The notes beneath the pieces are model-generated. The model saw nothing but the letters and a program-made list of their open reading frames with translations, did no database searches and was not told the DNA's origin. The position numbers were made by a program, and so were the translations under genes. Shown piece after piece: positions 18,496 through 28,217 of a DNA stretch of 64,000 bases. The stretch comes from Spirochaetia bacterium (GTDB lineage: Bacteria > Spirochaetota > Spirochaetia > CADAEX01). Position 1 is the stretch's first letter, and every line of letters begins with the position of its first letter. The DNA lies in NCBI GenBank assembly GCA_963662795.1, contig OY759746.1:1632001-1696000 (forward strand), written 5' to 3'.

Positions 18496-19728
18496 ATGTC
18501 TTCTGTTTTACTTATTGCAACCCTTGATACCAAATCGGAAGAAGCCGCCTACGTCAGGGCTCAGATTGAAAGCCATGGAGAGCAGGTGATACTTGCGAAT
18601 ACAGGTGTTTTTCTCCCTTTTGAGGAAAATGCCGAAATAAAAGGGGCAGAGATAGTCAAAGCAGGATGCGGACTTACGATAGAAGAACTTAAGGCGAGGG
18701 GAGACAAGGGACTGAGCATTGAAGCGATTACTAACGGAATAAAGATAATCACTAAAAAACTTTACAGCGAAGGCAGGATCGCGGCAGTGCTTTCAATAGG
18801 CGGGGCTCAAGGGACTGATATTGGAACAGCTGCGATGAGAGAGCTTCCGTTCGGGGTTCCCAAATTCATGGTTTCAACTGTTGCCTCGGGGAAGGCAACT
18901 TTCGGCCCGTTTGTCGGGACAAAAGATATTATCATGATGCATTCGGTATGCGATATTCAGGGACTTAATATAGTCACAAGAAGTGTTTTTGACAATGCGG
19001 CATCCGCTGTATGCGGTATGGTTAAAAACAGGAAGAAGAATCAGGATAAAAGAGCGGGAAAGGCAGGATCAATCGCGGTAAGCATGCTTGGAACGACAAC
19101 CCCCGGAGCCCTTTATGCCAAGGAACTTATTGAAAAAGAGAATTATGATTTTGTAGCGTTCCATCAGAATGGAACAGGCGGTATTGCCATGGAGGAAATG
19201 ATTGAAGAGGGGCTCTTTAAGGGGGTTCTTGATATCAACCTTCATGAAATCGGCGACAGGTATTTCGGGGGACTGCACGGATCGGTAAGGGAAGGGCGTC
19301 TTGAAAGCGCAGGAAAAACCGCTCTTCCCCAGGTTATCGCCCCGGGGAGCATCAACTATACAGTACAGGGCCCGTATGCTGAAGTAAGCGAAGAACTTAA
19401 AAAAAGGCAGCACATTATACATAATTCATTTCTCACCCTTGTAAGACTTACCCCTGATGAACTTTCCGGAGTAGGGAAAATTACAGCAGAAAAAATAAAT
19501 CTTTCAAGAGGCAAGGTGCATGTTTACATACCTCTTAAAGGATTTTCATTTCCTGATTCGGCCGGAAGGGAACACTGGGACCCGGAAGGGAACGCTGCTT
19601 TTACAGACGCTCTGAAGAAGAACTTAAGGAAAGATATTCCGTGTGACGAACTTGATTTACACATAAACGATACGGAATTTATTGATATTGCGGTTAATAA
19701 GCTTTTCAGTTTTATAAAGGAAAAGTGA
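18496..19728 (+). CDS. UPF0261 / Tm-1-like ATP-binding domain protein
   Basis: ATLDTKSEE, GGAQGT, MRELPFGVPKFMVSTVASG, DIIMMHSVCDIQGLN, FHQNGTGG..ME, LHIND - the UPF0261 motif series. Confidence 0.85.
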   Translation: MSSVLLIATLDTKSEEAAYVRAQIESHGEQVILANTGVFLPFEENAEIKGAEIVKAGCGLTIEELKARGDKGLSIEAITNGIKIITKKLYSEGRIAAVLSIGGAQGTDIGTAAMRELPFGVPKFMVSTVASGKATFGPFVGTKDIIMMHSVCDIQGLNIVTRSVFDNAASAVCGMVKNRKKNQDKRAGKAGSIAVSMLGTTTPGALYAKELIEKENYDFVAFHQNGTGGIAMEEMIEEGLFKGVLDINLHEIGDRYFGGLHGSVREGRLESAGKTALPQVIAPGSINYTVQGPYAEVSEELKKRQHIIHNSFLTLVRLTPDELSGVGKITAEKINLSRGKVHVYIPLKGFSFPDSAGREHWDPEGNAAFTDALKKNLRKDIPCDELDLHINDTEFIDIAVNKLFSFIKEK

Positions 19729-19763
19729 TTTACTTTAAAGCGGATAATATGCCAGGAGGAATA

Positions 19764-20660
19764 ATGAGCAAGGCTAAGGAAATGCTTTCAGGGGTCTACT
19801 CCCCGATGTGTACTCCATTTAAAAATGATGAAGTAGACTATGCAGGAATGGAAAAAAATGTTGATTTGATGAATTCATCCGGACTCAAGGGTTATTTTGT
19901 ACTTGGAACAAACGGTGAGTTCAAAACAATGTCAGAAGAGGAAAAATTCAAGCTGCTTGGTGTTGTAATAAAAAGAGCGGCGAAAGACAAGGTCGTAATG
20001 GCAGGAACCGGAGCAGAAAGCACCAGGGAAACAATCAGGCTCACAAAAAAAGCGGCAGATTTGGGGGCGGTTATGGTAAGCCTTTTGATGCCCAGTTTTT
20101 TCGCGAAGAAAATTACGGATGATGTGATAATAAGGCATATCACAGAGATTGCAGAGGCATCCCCTGTTCCTGTAGTGCTTTACAACAATCCTTCGGTGGC
20201 GGCGGGAGTCACAATAAGACCTGCTGTTATCAAGGTTGTATCGCAGCATTCCAATGTCGCGGGAATCAAGGATTCAAGCAAGGAAACATGGCCTTTAAAC
20301 GTAGTTTTTAACAGCAGCGGTTTTTCCGTACTGGCAGGCAGCGCGGGGTACTTTTTTGACCTGCTTGACAAGGGCGGTACAGGCGGAGTGCTGTCTCTCG
20401 CGAATGTTTTCCCCGATGCGTGCGCAAAGCTTTACAACCTTTATATTTCAGGTAAAAAAGCGGAAGCGGCAGAGCTTAACAATAAGCTGCTTGATCTCAA
20501 TAAAAAAGTATCAGGTACTTACGGAGTGGCGGGAGTAAAATACGCGATGGACCTTGCGGGCTTTGCAGGGGGAGTAATGCGCAGACCGCTCGGTACCCTG
20601 AATGCTGAACAGAAAAAAACACTTGAAGCTGACCTTAGGGGCAGCGGGTTTTTAAAATAA
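19764..20660 (+). CDS. DHDPS/NAL-family class I aldolase (HOGA-like GTNGE motif)
   Basis: TPF, GTNGEF, AGTGAEST, VVLYNNP, GIKDSS (Schiff-base Lys). AGGAGG RBS before ATG 19764. Confidence 0.87.
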   Translation: MSKAKEMLSGVYSPMCTPFKNDEVDYAGMEKNVDLMNSSGLKGYFVLGTNGEFKTMSEEEKFKLLGVVIKRAAKDKVVMAGTGAESTRETIRLTKKAADLGAVMVSLLMPSFFAKKITDDVIIRHITEIAEASPVPVVLYNNPSVAAGVTIRPAVIKVVSQHSNVAGIKDSSKETWPLNVVFNSSGFSVLAGSAGYFFDLLDKGGTGGVLSLANVFPDACAKLYNLYISGKKAEAAELNNKLLDLNKKVSGTYGVAGVKYAMDLAGFAGGVMRRPLGTLNAEQKKTLEADLRGSGFLK

Positions 20661-20686
20661 TAATTATAACCAATGGAGGTTAACAG

Positions 20687-21565
20687 ATGTCATCAGACGG
20701 AATGAAAAGAGGCAAAAGTCAGAATATCCTGGATCTCGGATATACAGATGTAAGGGAACATCTTAAGAAAAACGATACAATTATCGTAAGTATGGGATCG
20801 ATTGAAAAACATGGAGCGCACTGCCCGCTGGGAACAGACAGTTTTACAGCAATGGGTGTTATTGAAGAAGCTGCCAGATTAACAGACACACTTTATACAC
20901 CTTTAATACCTGTCGGATATTCCCCCCACCACATGGGAAGACAGGGCGAAGGAACAGGAACACTTACTTTCTCGGGAGATACTTACAGAAGAATAGTATA
21001 TGATCTTGCGAAAAGCCTTATATACCACGGCTACAACAAACTGGTTTTTGTTACACATCACGGAAGCAACTCCAAGGTAATTGATGATGTACTTAGAAAA
21101 ATCAGGTATGAAACCGGATGTTTTGTCGGATGGTTTAAAACTCCGACAGAAAGAAATTACAGATTTATCGCAGATATCCTTGAAGGAACACCTGAGGAAA
21201 CACCGGGCTGGCACGCAGGTGAGCTTGAGACATCAACAGCATGGGCATACAATCCTGAATCTGTTGCAATGGAACTCGCAAAAGAAGACAGAACACATGC
21301 GCCGAAGTGGATGACAAAAGAGTTTACAAAACATGACGGGTCAGGTTTTGTAACATTCAGGGGCGATGAATGCATGTGGGTACCGATGGAACACCATGAA
21401 TATTCAGATACAGCAACAATTGGAAATCCTTTAAGAGCTTCCAGGGAAAAGGGAGAGAAAATCCTTAAGAGAGGCGGAGAACTTCTCGCGGCTCTTATCG
21501 AAGAAATTAAAAAATTCGATATCAAGGTTCCGGAAGAAAAAAGAGCTTTCAACAACCGCGCGTAG
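20687..21565 (+). CDS. Creatininase-family amidohydrolase
   Basis: GSIEKHGAHCPLGTD, GYSPHH, HHGSN, HAGELETS, IGNP..AS.EKG. Confidence 0.88.
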   Translation: MSSDGMKRGKSQNILDLGYTDVREHLKKNDTIIVSMGSIEKHGAHCPLGTDSFTAMGVIEEAARLTDTLYTPLIPVGYSPHHMGRQGEGTGTLTFSGDTYRRIVYDLAKSLIYHGYNKLVFVTHHGSNSKVIDDVLRKIRYETGCFVGWFKTPTERNYRFIADILEGTPEETPGWHAGELETSTAWAYNPESVAMELAKEDRTHAPKWMTKEFTKHDGSGFVTFRGDECMWVPMEHHEYSDTATIGNPLRASREKGEKILKRGGELLAALIEEIKKFDIKVPEEKRAFNNRA

Positions 21566-21596
21566 TAATCGAGGTTTTTGTAAATAATCGACAATA

Positions 21597-21629
21597 CAGA
21601 TACCCCGAGCCGCAAGGTCGGGGTATCTG
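21597..21629. repeat. GC-rich REP-like palindrome (GCAA loop)
   Basis: CAGATACCCCGA-GCCGCAAGG-TCGGGGTATCTG: perfect 12-bp outer stem with no U-tract after it. Confidence 0.6.
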
Positions 21630-21760
21630 ACTGTTAAGAGGCATATCTTTCAGCCGGTCAGATATACTTTAAAAAATCCTGATTCAACTTGCCGAACCGG
21701 TGAGGATTTATATAGATGAATCCTGGTTAATCTTTAAGAAAATATCCTTAGGAGAAAAAT

Positions 21761-22531
21761 ATGAAAAGACTTGAAGGAAGGGTTGCAATTGTAACCGGAT
21801 CAGCGCAGGGAATGGGTCTTGCCATCGCAAAAGCGCTTGGCAATGAAGGCGCAACAATAATAATAACAGACATAAACAGCGAACAGGTTCAAAAAACTGT
21901 TTCAGCTCTTAAAACAGAAGGATATACCGCAGACGGATACAGCATGAACGTTACTGTTGATGCGCAGGTTGGGGAAGTATTTGACGCGGTTAAAAATAAA
22001 TACGGCAAACTGGACATTCTGGTTAATAACGCGGGAGGTGCGCTTAACACCCCGTACAAACTAAATGAGATTGAGGAAAAACACTGGAACCTTGTCCTTG
22101 ATGTAAACCTTAAAGGGGCTTTTTTCTGCTGCAGAAAAGCCATCAATATAATGGCAGAGCAGGGAGGCGGCGCAATTGTAAACATTTCAGCTCTTGCGGC
22201 TCACTACAGGGCAAGCCTCGCAGGCGTCCAGTATACAGCAGCAAAGGCCGGGGTTGAAGGACTTACGAGGCAGCTTGCCTACGACTGGGGCGATAAAAAC
22301 ATCCGGATAACCGGAGTCGCGCCGACTATCACCATGACAGGGGAGCGGGTTAAAGGGCTCTGGGATGACAAGGGTAAGGATGAGCAGGATAAGACACTTA
22401 AAAATATTCCGCTCCGCAGGCTCAGCACACCGCAGGAAATCGCAGCTGCTGTTGTATTCCTGGCATCTGATGAAGCATCATACATAACAGGAATTACACT
22501 TGATGTCAGCGGCGGCAGATATCTCAGATAA
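21761..22531 (+). CDS. Short-chain dehydrogenase/reductase (FabG-like SDR)
   Basis: TGSAQGMG, LVNNAG, catalytic YTAAK, ITGITLDVSGG. Confidence 0.9.
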   Translation: MKRLEGRVAIVTGSAQGMGLAIAKALGNEGATIIITDINSEQVQKTVSALKTEGYTADGYSMNVTVDAQVGEVFDAVKNKYGKLDILVNNAGGALNTPYKLNEIEEKHWNLVLDVNLKGAFFCCRKAINIMAEQGGGAIVNISALAAHYRASLAGVQYTAAKAGVEGLTRQLAYDWGDKNIRITGVAPTITMTGERVKGLWDDKGKDEQDKTLKNIPLRRLSTPQEIAAAVVFLASDEASYITGITLDVSGGRYLR

Positions 22532-22585
22532 CATAAGTCAATAATGGAGTCAAAGAATATATTTATTATGGGGAATATATATTAT

Positions 22586-22624
22586 TTGACAGTTGAACTA
22601 TTGCATAGTACAATTGTTAAACAC
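22586..22624 (+). promoter_or_regulatory. Sigma70-type promoter with palindromic operator candidate at the start site
   Basis: TTGACA 22586-91, 17 bp spacer, TACAAT 22609-14, then immediately TGTTAAACA 22615-23. Confidence 0.65.
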
Positions 22625-22640
22625 AAAAGGGGGAAGATGT

Positions 22641-23888
22641 ATGAAGAGATTTATTATTTGTTCAATGTTCTTTTTTATGCTTGCTGGCGCATATGCTGAA
22701 GGAGCAAAAGAAAAAAAAATGGAAAAACCTTCTGAAATTAAATTCGGATTTGGAACTTCATCAACTGGAACATTTGCAGCTGTTGCTCAAGATCAAAACA
22801 GAGGTGCTGAATATGCTACTGAAGAAATTAATACCTCTGGCGGAATTAGTATGCCTTGGGGAAAAGTAAAACTAAATACATTGTTCAGAGATGATGAAAC
22901 AAAGGTTGATGTTGCAGTAAGAAGATTTAGAGAATTGACAGAAGAGGGTATAGTAGGTTTTTCCGGAGCTGTCTATAATCCGATAGCCGGTGCCCTGAAT
23001 GAAGAAAACAAAATTGCAAATATTGTTTATCTACCCGGATGCGTACCCGCCTTGGATAGTTTTCGAAAAGGTAATCCATCAGATGCTACTTATTCACTCG
23101 TTTTTTCCCCATGGACGATTGGCTATGTTACTGTGAAAATAGCAGCTGAAAAGCTGAATGCAAAAACTATTTACTATGTAAACAGATCTGATTCCTGGGG
23201 ACGGACAATACGTGATGGAATGGTTGAAGCCATGAAAAAGTATGATGTTAAATTGATTGGCGAAAGAGAATTTTCAACTGGTACGGTAGACTGGTCAGCC
23301 GCAATTAATGAAGCAAATTCGTTATCTCCTGATGTATTTGCTTCCTGTTTTTACGGAGGAGATTCAGTATCTCTGATGAAACAGGCTCATGATGCCGGAG
23401 TTCAAAAAAGATCAGTACTTTTCAATATATGGACATCAACAGTCATTGGTGTGGCATTGCCAAATGAAGTACTTAAAGATATTCAGGGCCTTACGTTTTT
23501 TTATCATAATTTTGAGGGATATAAAGACAAAAAAGTCGCAGAAGCATCAAAGAAATTTGTAGAAGGATTTCAGAAGAAATTTAATCAGCCTCCTGATTCA
23601 TATGCAGCTATAGCATATATGGCATTTGATCTTTATAGGACAGCCAGTGAGAAAGCAGGATCATTTGAATCCGGTGCTATAGCAAAAGCTATAGGAACCA
23701 ATAGTTTTAATACTATCAAAGGGAAAGGATATTTTAGGGGAAGTCACGAATTTATTGGTGATAATATGGTTTTTTATGTCAAGGGCAAAGACGCTTCAGA
23801 TATGAAAGATAAATATGATGTTTTTAAGATTATAGATTCGTTTGGCGGGGAAGAACTTGTTCCCAGTATGAAATATTTAGGATATTAA
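22641..23888 (+). CDS. ABC substrate-binding protein, leucine-binding family (divergent)
   Basis: Signal peptide MKRFIICSMFFFMLAGAYA, EEINTSGGI, RDDETK, DWSAAI. Start moved to ATG 22641 after the GGGGG RBS. Confidence 0.85.
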   Translation: MKRFIICSMFFFMLAGAYAEGAKEKKMEKPSEIKFGFGTSSTGTFAAVAQDQNRGAEYATEEINTSGGISMPWGKVKLNTLFRDDETKVDVAVRRFRELTEEGIVGFSGAVYNPIAGALNEENKIANIVYLPGCVPALDSFRKGNPSDATYSLVFSPWTIGYVTVKIAAEKLNAKTIYYVNRSDSWGRTIRDGMVEAMKKYDVKLIGEREFSTGTVDWSAAINEANSLSPDVFASCFYGGDSVSLMKQAHDAGVQKRSVLFNIWTSTVIGVALPNEVLKDIQGLTFFYHNFEGYKDKKVAEASKKFVEGFQKKFNQPPDSYAAIAYMAFDLYRTASEKAGSFESGAIAKAIGTNSFNTIKGKGYFRGSHEFIGDNMVFYVKGKDASDMKDKYDVFKIIDSFGGEELVPSMKYLGY

Positions 23889-23899
23889 ATAAAAAATTC

Positions 23900-23933
23900 A
23901 TGAACAGGCGAATAAATATATTTGCCTGTTCAT
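23900..23933 (+). terminator. Stem-loop after the SBP gene (attenuator or mRNA stabiliser)
   Basis: ATGAACAGGCGAATA / TATTTGCCTGTTCAT 15-bp stem with one G-U pair. Confidence 0.6.
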
Positions 23934-23955
23934 TGCATAATTATTGGGAATTACT

Positions 23956-24723
23956 ATGAATACAGACTTTTTAATTGAAGGAAAAAATCTAACTAAAAAT
24001 TTTGGCCTTTTTACAGCTGTTAATGATGTCTCCATTTGTATTAAAAATAAAGAATCAGTTGGAATAATTGGTTCTAATGGTGCTGGAAAAACTACTTTGG
24101 TAAATTTGTTAACTGGTAAAATAATCCCTGATAGAGGTAAAGTAATATTTAATGGAGAAAATATTTCATCTTTTAATGTAGAGAGAAGAGTTAAACTGGG
24201 TATTGTCAGAACATTTCAATTGGTGCATGTGTTTAACAATTTGTCACTTTATGAAAATATTGCATTATCAGCATTTCGAAAAAAAGAAAATAAAAATTTT
24301 TCAGCAATGATGTGTTTTAAAAATCTGAACACCGATGCTAGAATTAAAGATAAAATAGAAGAAACAATAGAAATATTTAATTTTAAAAAAATAAAAAATA
24401 AATTAGTATCCGAACTTTCATTTGGTGTCCAAAGAAAAATTGAAATTGCCATGGCCTGGATAACAGAACCTTCTATTTTTATATTAGATGAACCATTTGC
24501 CGGTATTAATGATTTTGAAATTGATGAAATAATCGAAATCCTTAATAATCTTATCGGAAAAGAAACAATTGTAATTGTTGAGCATAAATTATCTAAATTA
24601 AAAGAAATTGTAGATAAGTTATTTGTAATGCATGACGGCAGTATCATTTGTGAGGGGTCATGTGATGAAGCATTAAATAATGCTGAAGTAAGGAAATCTT
24701 ACTGGAAACTAAATGATGAATAA
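23956..24723 (+). CDS. Liv-type ABC ATPase (LivG-like)
   Basis: GSNGAGKT, VRTFQ, LSFGVQRKIEIA, LDEPFAG, VEH. Confidence 0.9.
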   Translation: MNTDFLIEGKNLTKNFGLFTAVNDVSICIKNKESVGIIGSNGAGKTTLVNLLTGKIIPDRGKVIFNGENISSFNVERRVKLGIVRTFQLVHVFNNLSLYENIALSAFRKKENKNFSAMMCFKNLNTDARIKDKIEETIEIFNFKKIKNKLVSELSFGVQRKIEIAMAWITEPSIFILDEPFAGINDFEIDEIIEILNNLIGKETIVIVEHKLSKLKEIVDKLFVMHDGSIICEGSCDEALNNAEVRKSYWKLNDE

Positions 24724-24741
24724 TTGTCGTAAGGTGTCAAT

Positions 24742-25425
24742 ATGAATTTATTAACGGTAGATAAAGTTACAATCGGATATGGTGAATTATTAGTTGTATT
24801 TGATGCAGGAATAAATGTCAATAAAGGAGAGGTCGTTTTTCTTGTGGGACGAAATGGTGCAGGAAAAACAACTCTTTTAAGATGCATAAGCGGATTTATA
24901 AAATCCAGCAGTGGGAATATTGTGTTTAACGGTGAAGATATAAATAACTGTAGTTCTTATAATATTGCTAAAAAAGGATTAAAATATATCAATCAGGAGA
25001 AAAGAGTTTTTTCTGATCTTACAGTACGAGAAAATTTTGAATTAAGTAGTTATGCAACAAAAGATTATGATTGGGAAACAATTCTCAAGTATTTCCCTAA
25101 ATTAAAGATACTTTTTAGCAGAAAAGCTGGGAACCTAAGCGGTGGTGAAAAGCAAATGCTTCTTATGGCAATAGCATTAATCGGTAAACCTGAATTGATA
25201 TTAATGGATGAACCTACCGAGGGTCTCTCTCCTCAGATTATTTTAGATCTTTCCGAGACATTTAAAAAGGTCAGTAAGATAACAACGTTGTTAATTGTCG
25301 AACAGAATATTCCATTGATAACGGATATAGGTGATAGGGTTTATTGCATGCAAGAAGGAAAAATACTTCAACGCAGTTTTGATAAAAACGAAATAAAAGA
25401 ATTCGCTTTTGAAAAATATCTTTAA
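24742..25425 (+). CDS. Liv-type ABC ATPase (LivF-like)
   Basis: GRNGAGKT, LSGGEKQML, MDEPTEGL, VEQN. Confidence 0.9.
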   Translation: MNLLTVDKVTIGYGELLVVFDAGINVNKGEVVFLVGRNGAGKTTLLRCISGFIKSSSGNIVFNGEDINNCSSYNIAKKGLKYINQEKRVFSDLTVRENFELSSYATKDYDWETILKYFPKLKILFSRKAGNLSGGEKQMLLMAIALIGKPELILMDEPTEGLSPQIILDLSETFKKVSKITTLLIVEQNIPLITDIGDRVYCMQEGKILQRSFDKNEIKEFAFEKYL

Positions 25426-25451
25426 ATAGATTTAGTGGAGAAGAAACGAAA

Positions 25452-26447
25452 ATGAAAAAAATATTAAATATTTTAAATCCTATCATTATTGTTGTTTTTT
25501 TAATTATCTTAAGATATTTGTTCCCTTCGAAAATAACCTTTCTAACTCAAGTCATTATATTTACTGTCTATGTTATGGGCAACAATTTATTGATGGGATA
25601 TATGGGGTATACATCTTTTGGGCAACCAGTTTTTCTTGGAATCGGAGCATATACAATAGCTTTGTATTTTACATATTTTGGCGAGAATATCCTTGTTGCT
25701 TTTTCGTTAGTTTTAATAGTAAGCATTTTCGTTTCAATGGTTATAGGGCCAATATTTTTAAGATTAAAGGGGAATTATTTTACTCTAATTAATGCCGCTT
25801 TTTGTGCTTTGGGGGTTTTCTTTTTTCAAAGAGTTATCCTTACTTATACAAAAGGTGAAGACGGTTTATGGTTCAGAAGTGCAATTAAACCATTATTGAT
25901 AGATTTAAGAAATCCCAAAAGCTTTTTTGTTTTTTCTTTAATTGTTCTGCTGGCTGTTTTATATATATTTATATTCTTAATTGATAATTCTGTTTTTGGT
26001 GTTGCATTAAAAGCATCCAAAAACAATTCATTGAAACTGAAATATTTGGGTTATAGTATTTTTAAAATAAGATTACTTGGATATACGATTTCCATAATCT
26101 ATTCATGCTTAGCCGGGGCGTTATATGCTATTAATCTTGGGTTTGTAAATCAAAGTCTTGGCGATAATTCACGTGCTATTGAAGTACTTCTTGCAACATT
26201 AATAGGGGGAATCGGATCTGTATACGGGCCATTTCTCGGAGCATTATTTTTTACAGGCATTAAAGATATCCTTGGAGTGTTTTTTTCAAGGTGGGAATTT
26301 TTTATAGGATTATTTACTCTATTTGTCCTTTTCAGATTGGATAAAGGTTTTTATGGATATATAGAAAACAGTATAAAAAAATATTATTTAAAGATTTTAT
26401 CTAAAAATAAAATAATTGAAAAAACAGAGCAAGAGAGGGTAAAATGA
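25452..26447 (+). CDS. Liv-type ABC permease (LivM-like)
   Basis: GYMGYTSFGQ, LRLKGNYF, GEDG, GGIGSVYGPFLGA. Hydrophobic. Confidence 0.87.
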   Translation: MKKILNILNPIIIVVFLIILRYLFPSKITFLTQVIIFTVYVMGNNLLMGYMGYTSFGQPVFLGIGAYTIALYFTYFGENILVAFSLVLIVSIFVSMVIGPIFLRLKGNYFTLINAAFCALGVFFFQRVILTYTKGEDGLWFRSAIKPLLIDLRNPKSFFVFSLIVLLAVLYIFIFLIDNSVFGVALKASKNNSLKLKYLGYSIFKIRLLGYTISIIYSCLAGALYAINLGFVNQSLGDNSRAIEVLLATLIGGIGSVYGPFLGALFFTGIKDILGVFFSRWEFFIGLFTLFVLFRLDKGFYGYIENSIKKYYLKILSKNKIIEKTEQERVK

Positions 26448-27319
26448 ACATTTATATCTCGGCAATTATATATGGATTATCTGCAGCTGGAATATTTTTT
26501 ATGGTATCGCTTGCTATTTCTATAGGTTATGGATTGATGAGGATAGTAAATATTGAAGCTCTATTGTATTACTCAATTGGAGCATATGTTTGTTACACAA
26601 TAACGAGTTTGACAAGTAATTTCTTTTTAGGGGCACTTGCAGCAATGGTATCAGGCGGATTACTGGGCTTTGTAGTAGAAACTTTATTGATAAGAAAGAT
26701 ATATAAAAAAGAATCCATGTTTACGATGGTTGCTACTTTCAGTGTACTTATGATGGGAATAGGCATAATTCAATGGATATGGGGTCTGGATGCAAAACCT
26801 GTTACAACCCCAATAAATAAGGTTATTGAAATTGGATTAATGAATGTTCCAATTTACAGAATAGTTATTATTGGTATAGCTATAATCTCTTATATTGGAA
26901 TCGAATTGTTTTTGAATAAAACAATTGCCGGAAAGGCATTGAGGGCTGGAATAGAAAATAGAAATGATGTTGAAGGGCTTGGAATTAATATTAATAAAAT
27001 ATTTACGAGAACTTTTATCATTGCAAGTTGCTTTGCTGGTCTTGCAGGAGCCTTAAATTCTCCTTTAATAATGGTAACACCTTATATGGGCTATGATATG
27101 TTATTGTTTTCATTTATAACGGTTATTCTTGGCGGGTTAGGTAGTATTAAGGGAACTATGGTTGCATCATTAATTATAGGACAAGTTATTAACCTGGGTG
27201 GATTAATATCTGGGAATATTGCCTTTATTGGCCCATTTGTAATTATGTTTATAATAATAATACTAAAACCTAATGGCTTATTTGGAGTTAAATCAAAATC
27301 ATTAGGATATGACGATTAA
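26444..27319 (+). CDS. Liv-type ABC permease (LivH-like)
   Basis: YGLMRIVN, GKALRAG, VILGGLGSIKG, KPNGLFG. Confidence 0.87.
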   Translation: MNIYISAIIYGLSAAGIFFMVSLAISIGYGLMRIVNIEALLYYSIGAYVCYTITSLTSNFFLGALAAMVSGGLLGFVVETLLIRKIYKKESMFTMVATFSVLMMGIGIIQWIWGLDAKPVTTPINKVIEIGLMNVPIYRIVIIGIAIISYIGIELFLNKTIAGKALRAGIENRNDVEGLGININKIFTRTFIIASCFAGLAGALNSPLIMVTPYMGYDMLLFSFITVILGGLGSIKGTMVASLIIGQVINLGGLISGNIAFIGPFVIMFIIIILKPNGLFGVKSKSLGYDD

Positions 27320-27527
27320 AAACTGAAGAATGTTATTATTTAATTTGCATAGATAATATTATTGTATTTTTTTAAGATAAATTATTAATTATATAATATA
27401 TTTTATTGCAAACTTGAATATTAGAGTTAATAAAAAATAGACTTGAAAAAAAGTATAATATTGTCGATACTTTATTATTCTATAAAATATTGAGACTTAA
27501 AAAGATTTCTATATGGAATAAACAGTA

Positions 27528-28217
27528 ATGAAATATGAAAAAATGGGAAAAGTAATAATTTCAGAAGAAATTATTACTTATTTTAAAAATAAAATTTTAT
27601 TTAAAGAACTTAAACGTGGTGAAAGACTTCCTTCAGAAGATGAACTGGCTTCAATGATGGGTGTAAGCCGAGGAACAATGAGAGAAGCTTTGAAAGTTCT
27701 AATACACATGGGCCTTGTGGAACGAAAAAACAGAGGTACGTATGTTACGGAATCAAGCCAAAGCATAAGGGATTTATCAGAAGTAAAAACCTATAAAGAC
27801 ATTTTTGATATTATAGAAGTAAGAAAAATAGTAGAGCCAGCATTAGCTAAACTGGCGGCGGAAAATATCAATGCAGAAGTATTAAAAAAATTTGAAAATG
27901 AAATGGAATATATTAATAGTGTTGAAAATATAGAAACTGACGTATTTTGGAAGCATGATGTTGTTTTTCATGATCTAATCTTTACGGCTGCAGGAAATAA
28001 GATCCTTGAGGATTTTATTAAAAGTCTAAAAGACCTGGTCTATAAAAATCAATCTATAATTTTAAATAATGAAGAAGTAAATATTGTTAATAATTCAATA
28101 AAAAATCATAATAAAATATTTGAATCAATAAAAAAAAGAAATGGCAACGATGCATCGAAAATGATGTTAAAACATATAGCAGATATTGAAAAAGTATTAA
28201 AAAAAATTATTTCATAG
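27528..28217 (+). CDS. GntR/FadR-family transcriptional regulator
   Basis: GERLPSEDELASMMGVSRGTMREAL wHTH. FCD-like DVVFH..I..AAGN C-terminal domain. Confidence 0.92.
   Translation: MKYEKMGKVIISEEIITYFKNKILFKELKRGERLPSEDELASMMGVSRGTMREALKVLIHMGLVERKNRGTYVTESSQSIRDLSEVKTYKDIFDIIEVRKIVEPALAKLAAENINAEVLKKFENEMEYINSVENIETDVFWKHDVVFHDLIFTAAGNKILEDFIKSLKDLVYKNQSIILNNEEVNIVNNSIKNHNKIFESIKKRNGNDASKMMLKHIADIEKVLKKIIS

Noticed and set aside
19764-20660. Naming the aldolase dapA
   Set aside because: It has GTNGE rather than GTTGE and sits in a catabolic context with no lysine biosynthesis genes.
20687-21565. Calling the creatininase-family gene iolN, or a true creatininase
   Set aside because: Only family-level motifs are visible, it is 14 kb from iolG in a different operon, and no creatine pathway genes are adjacent.
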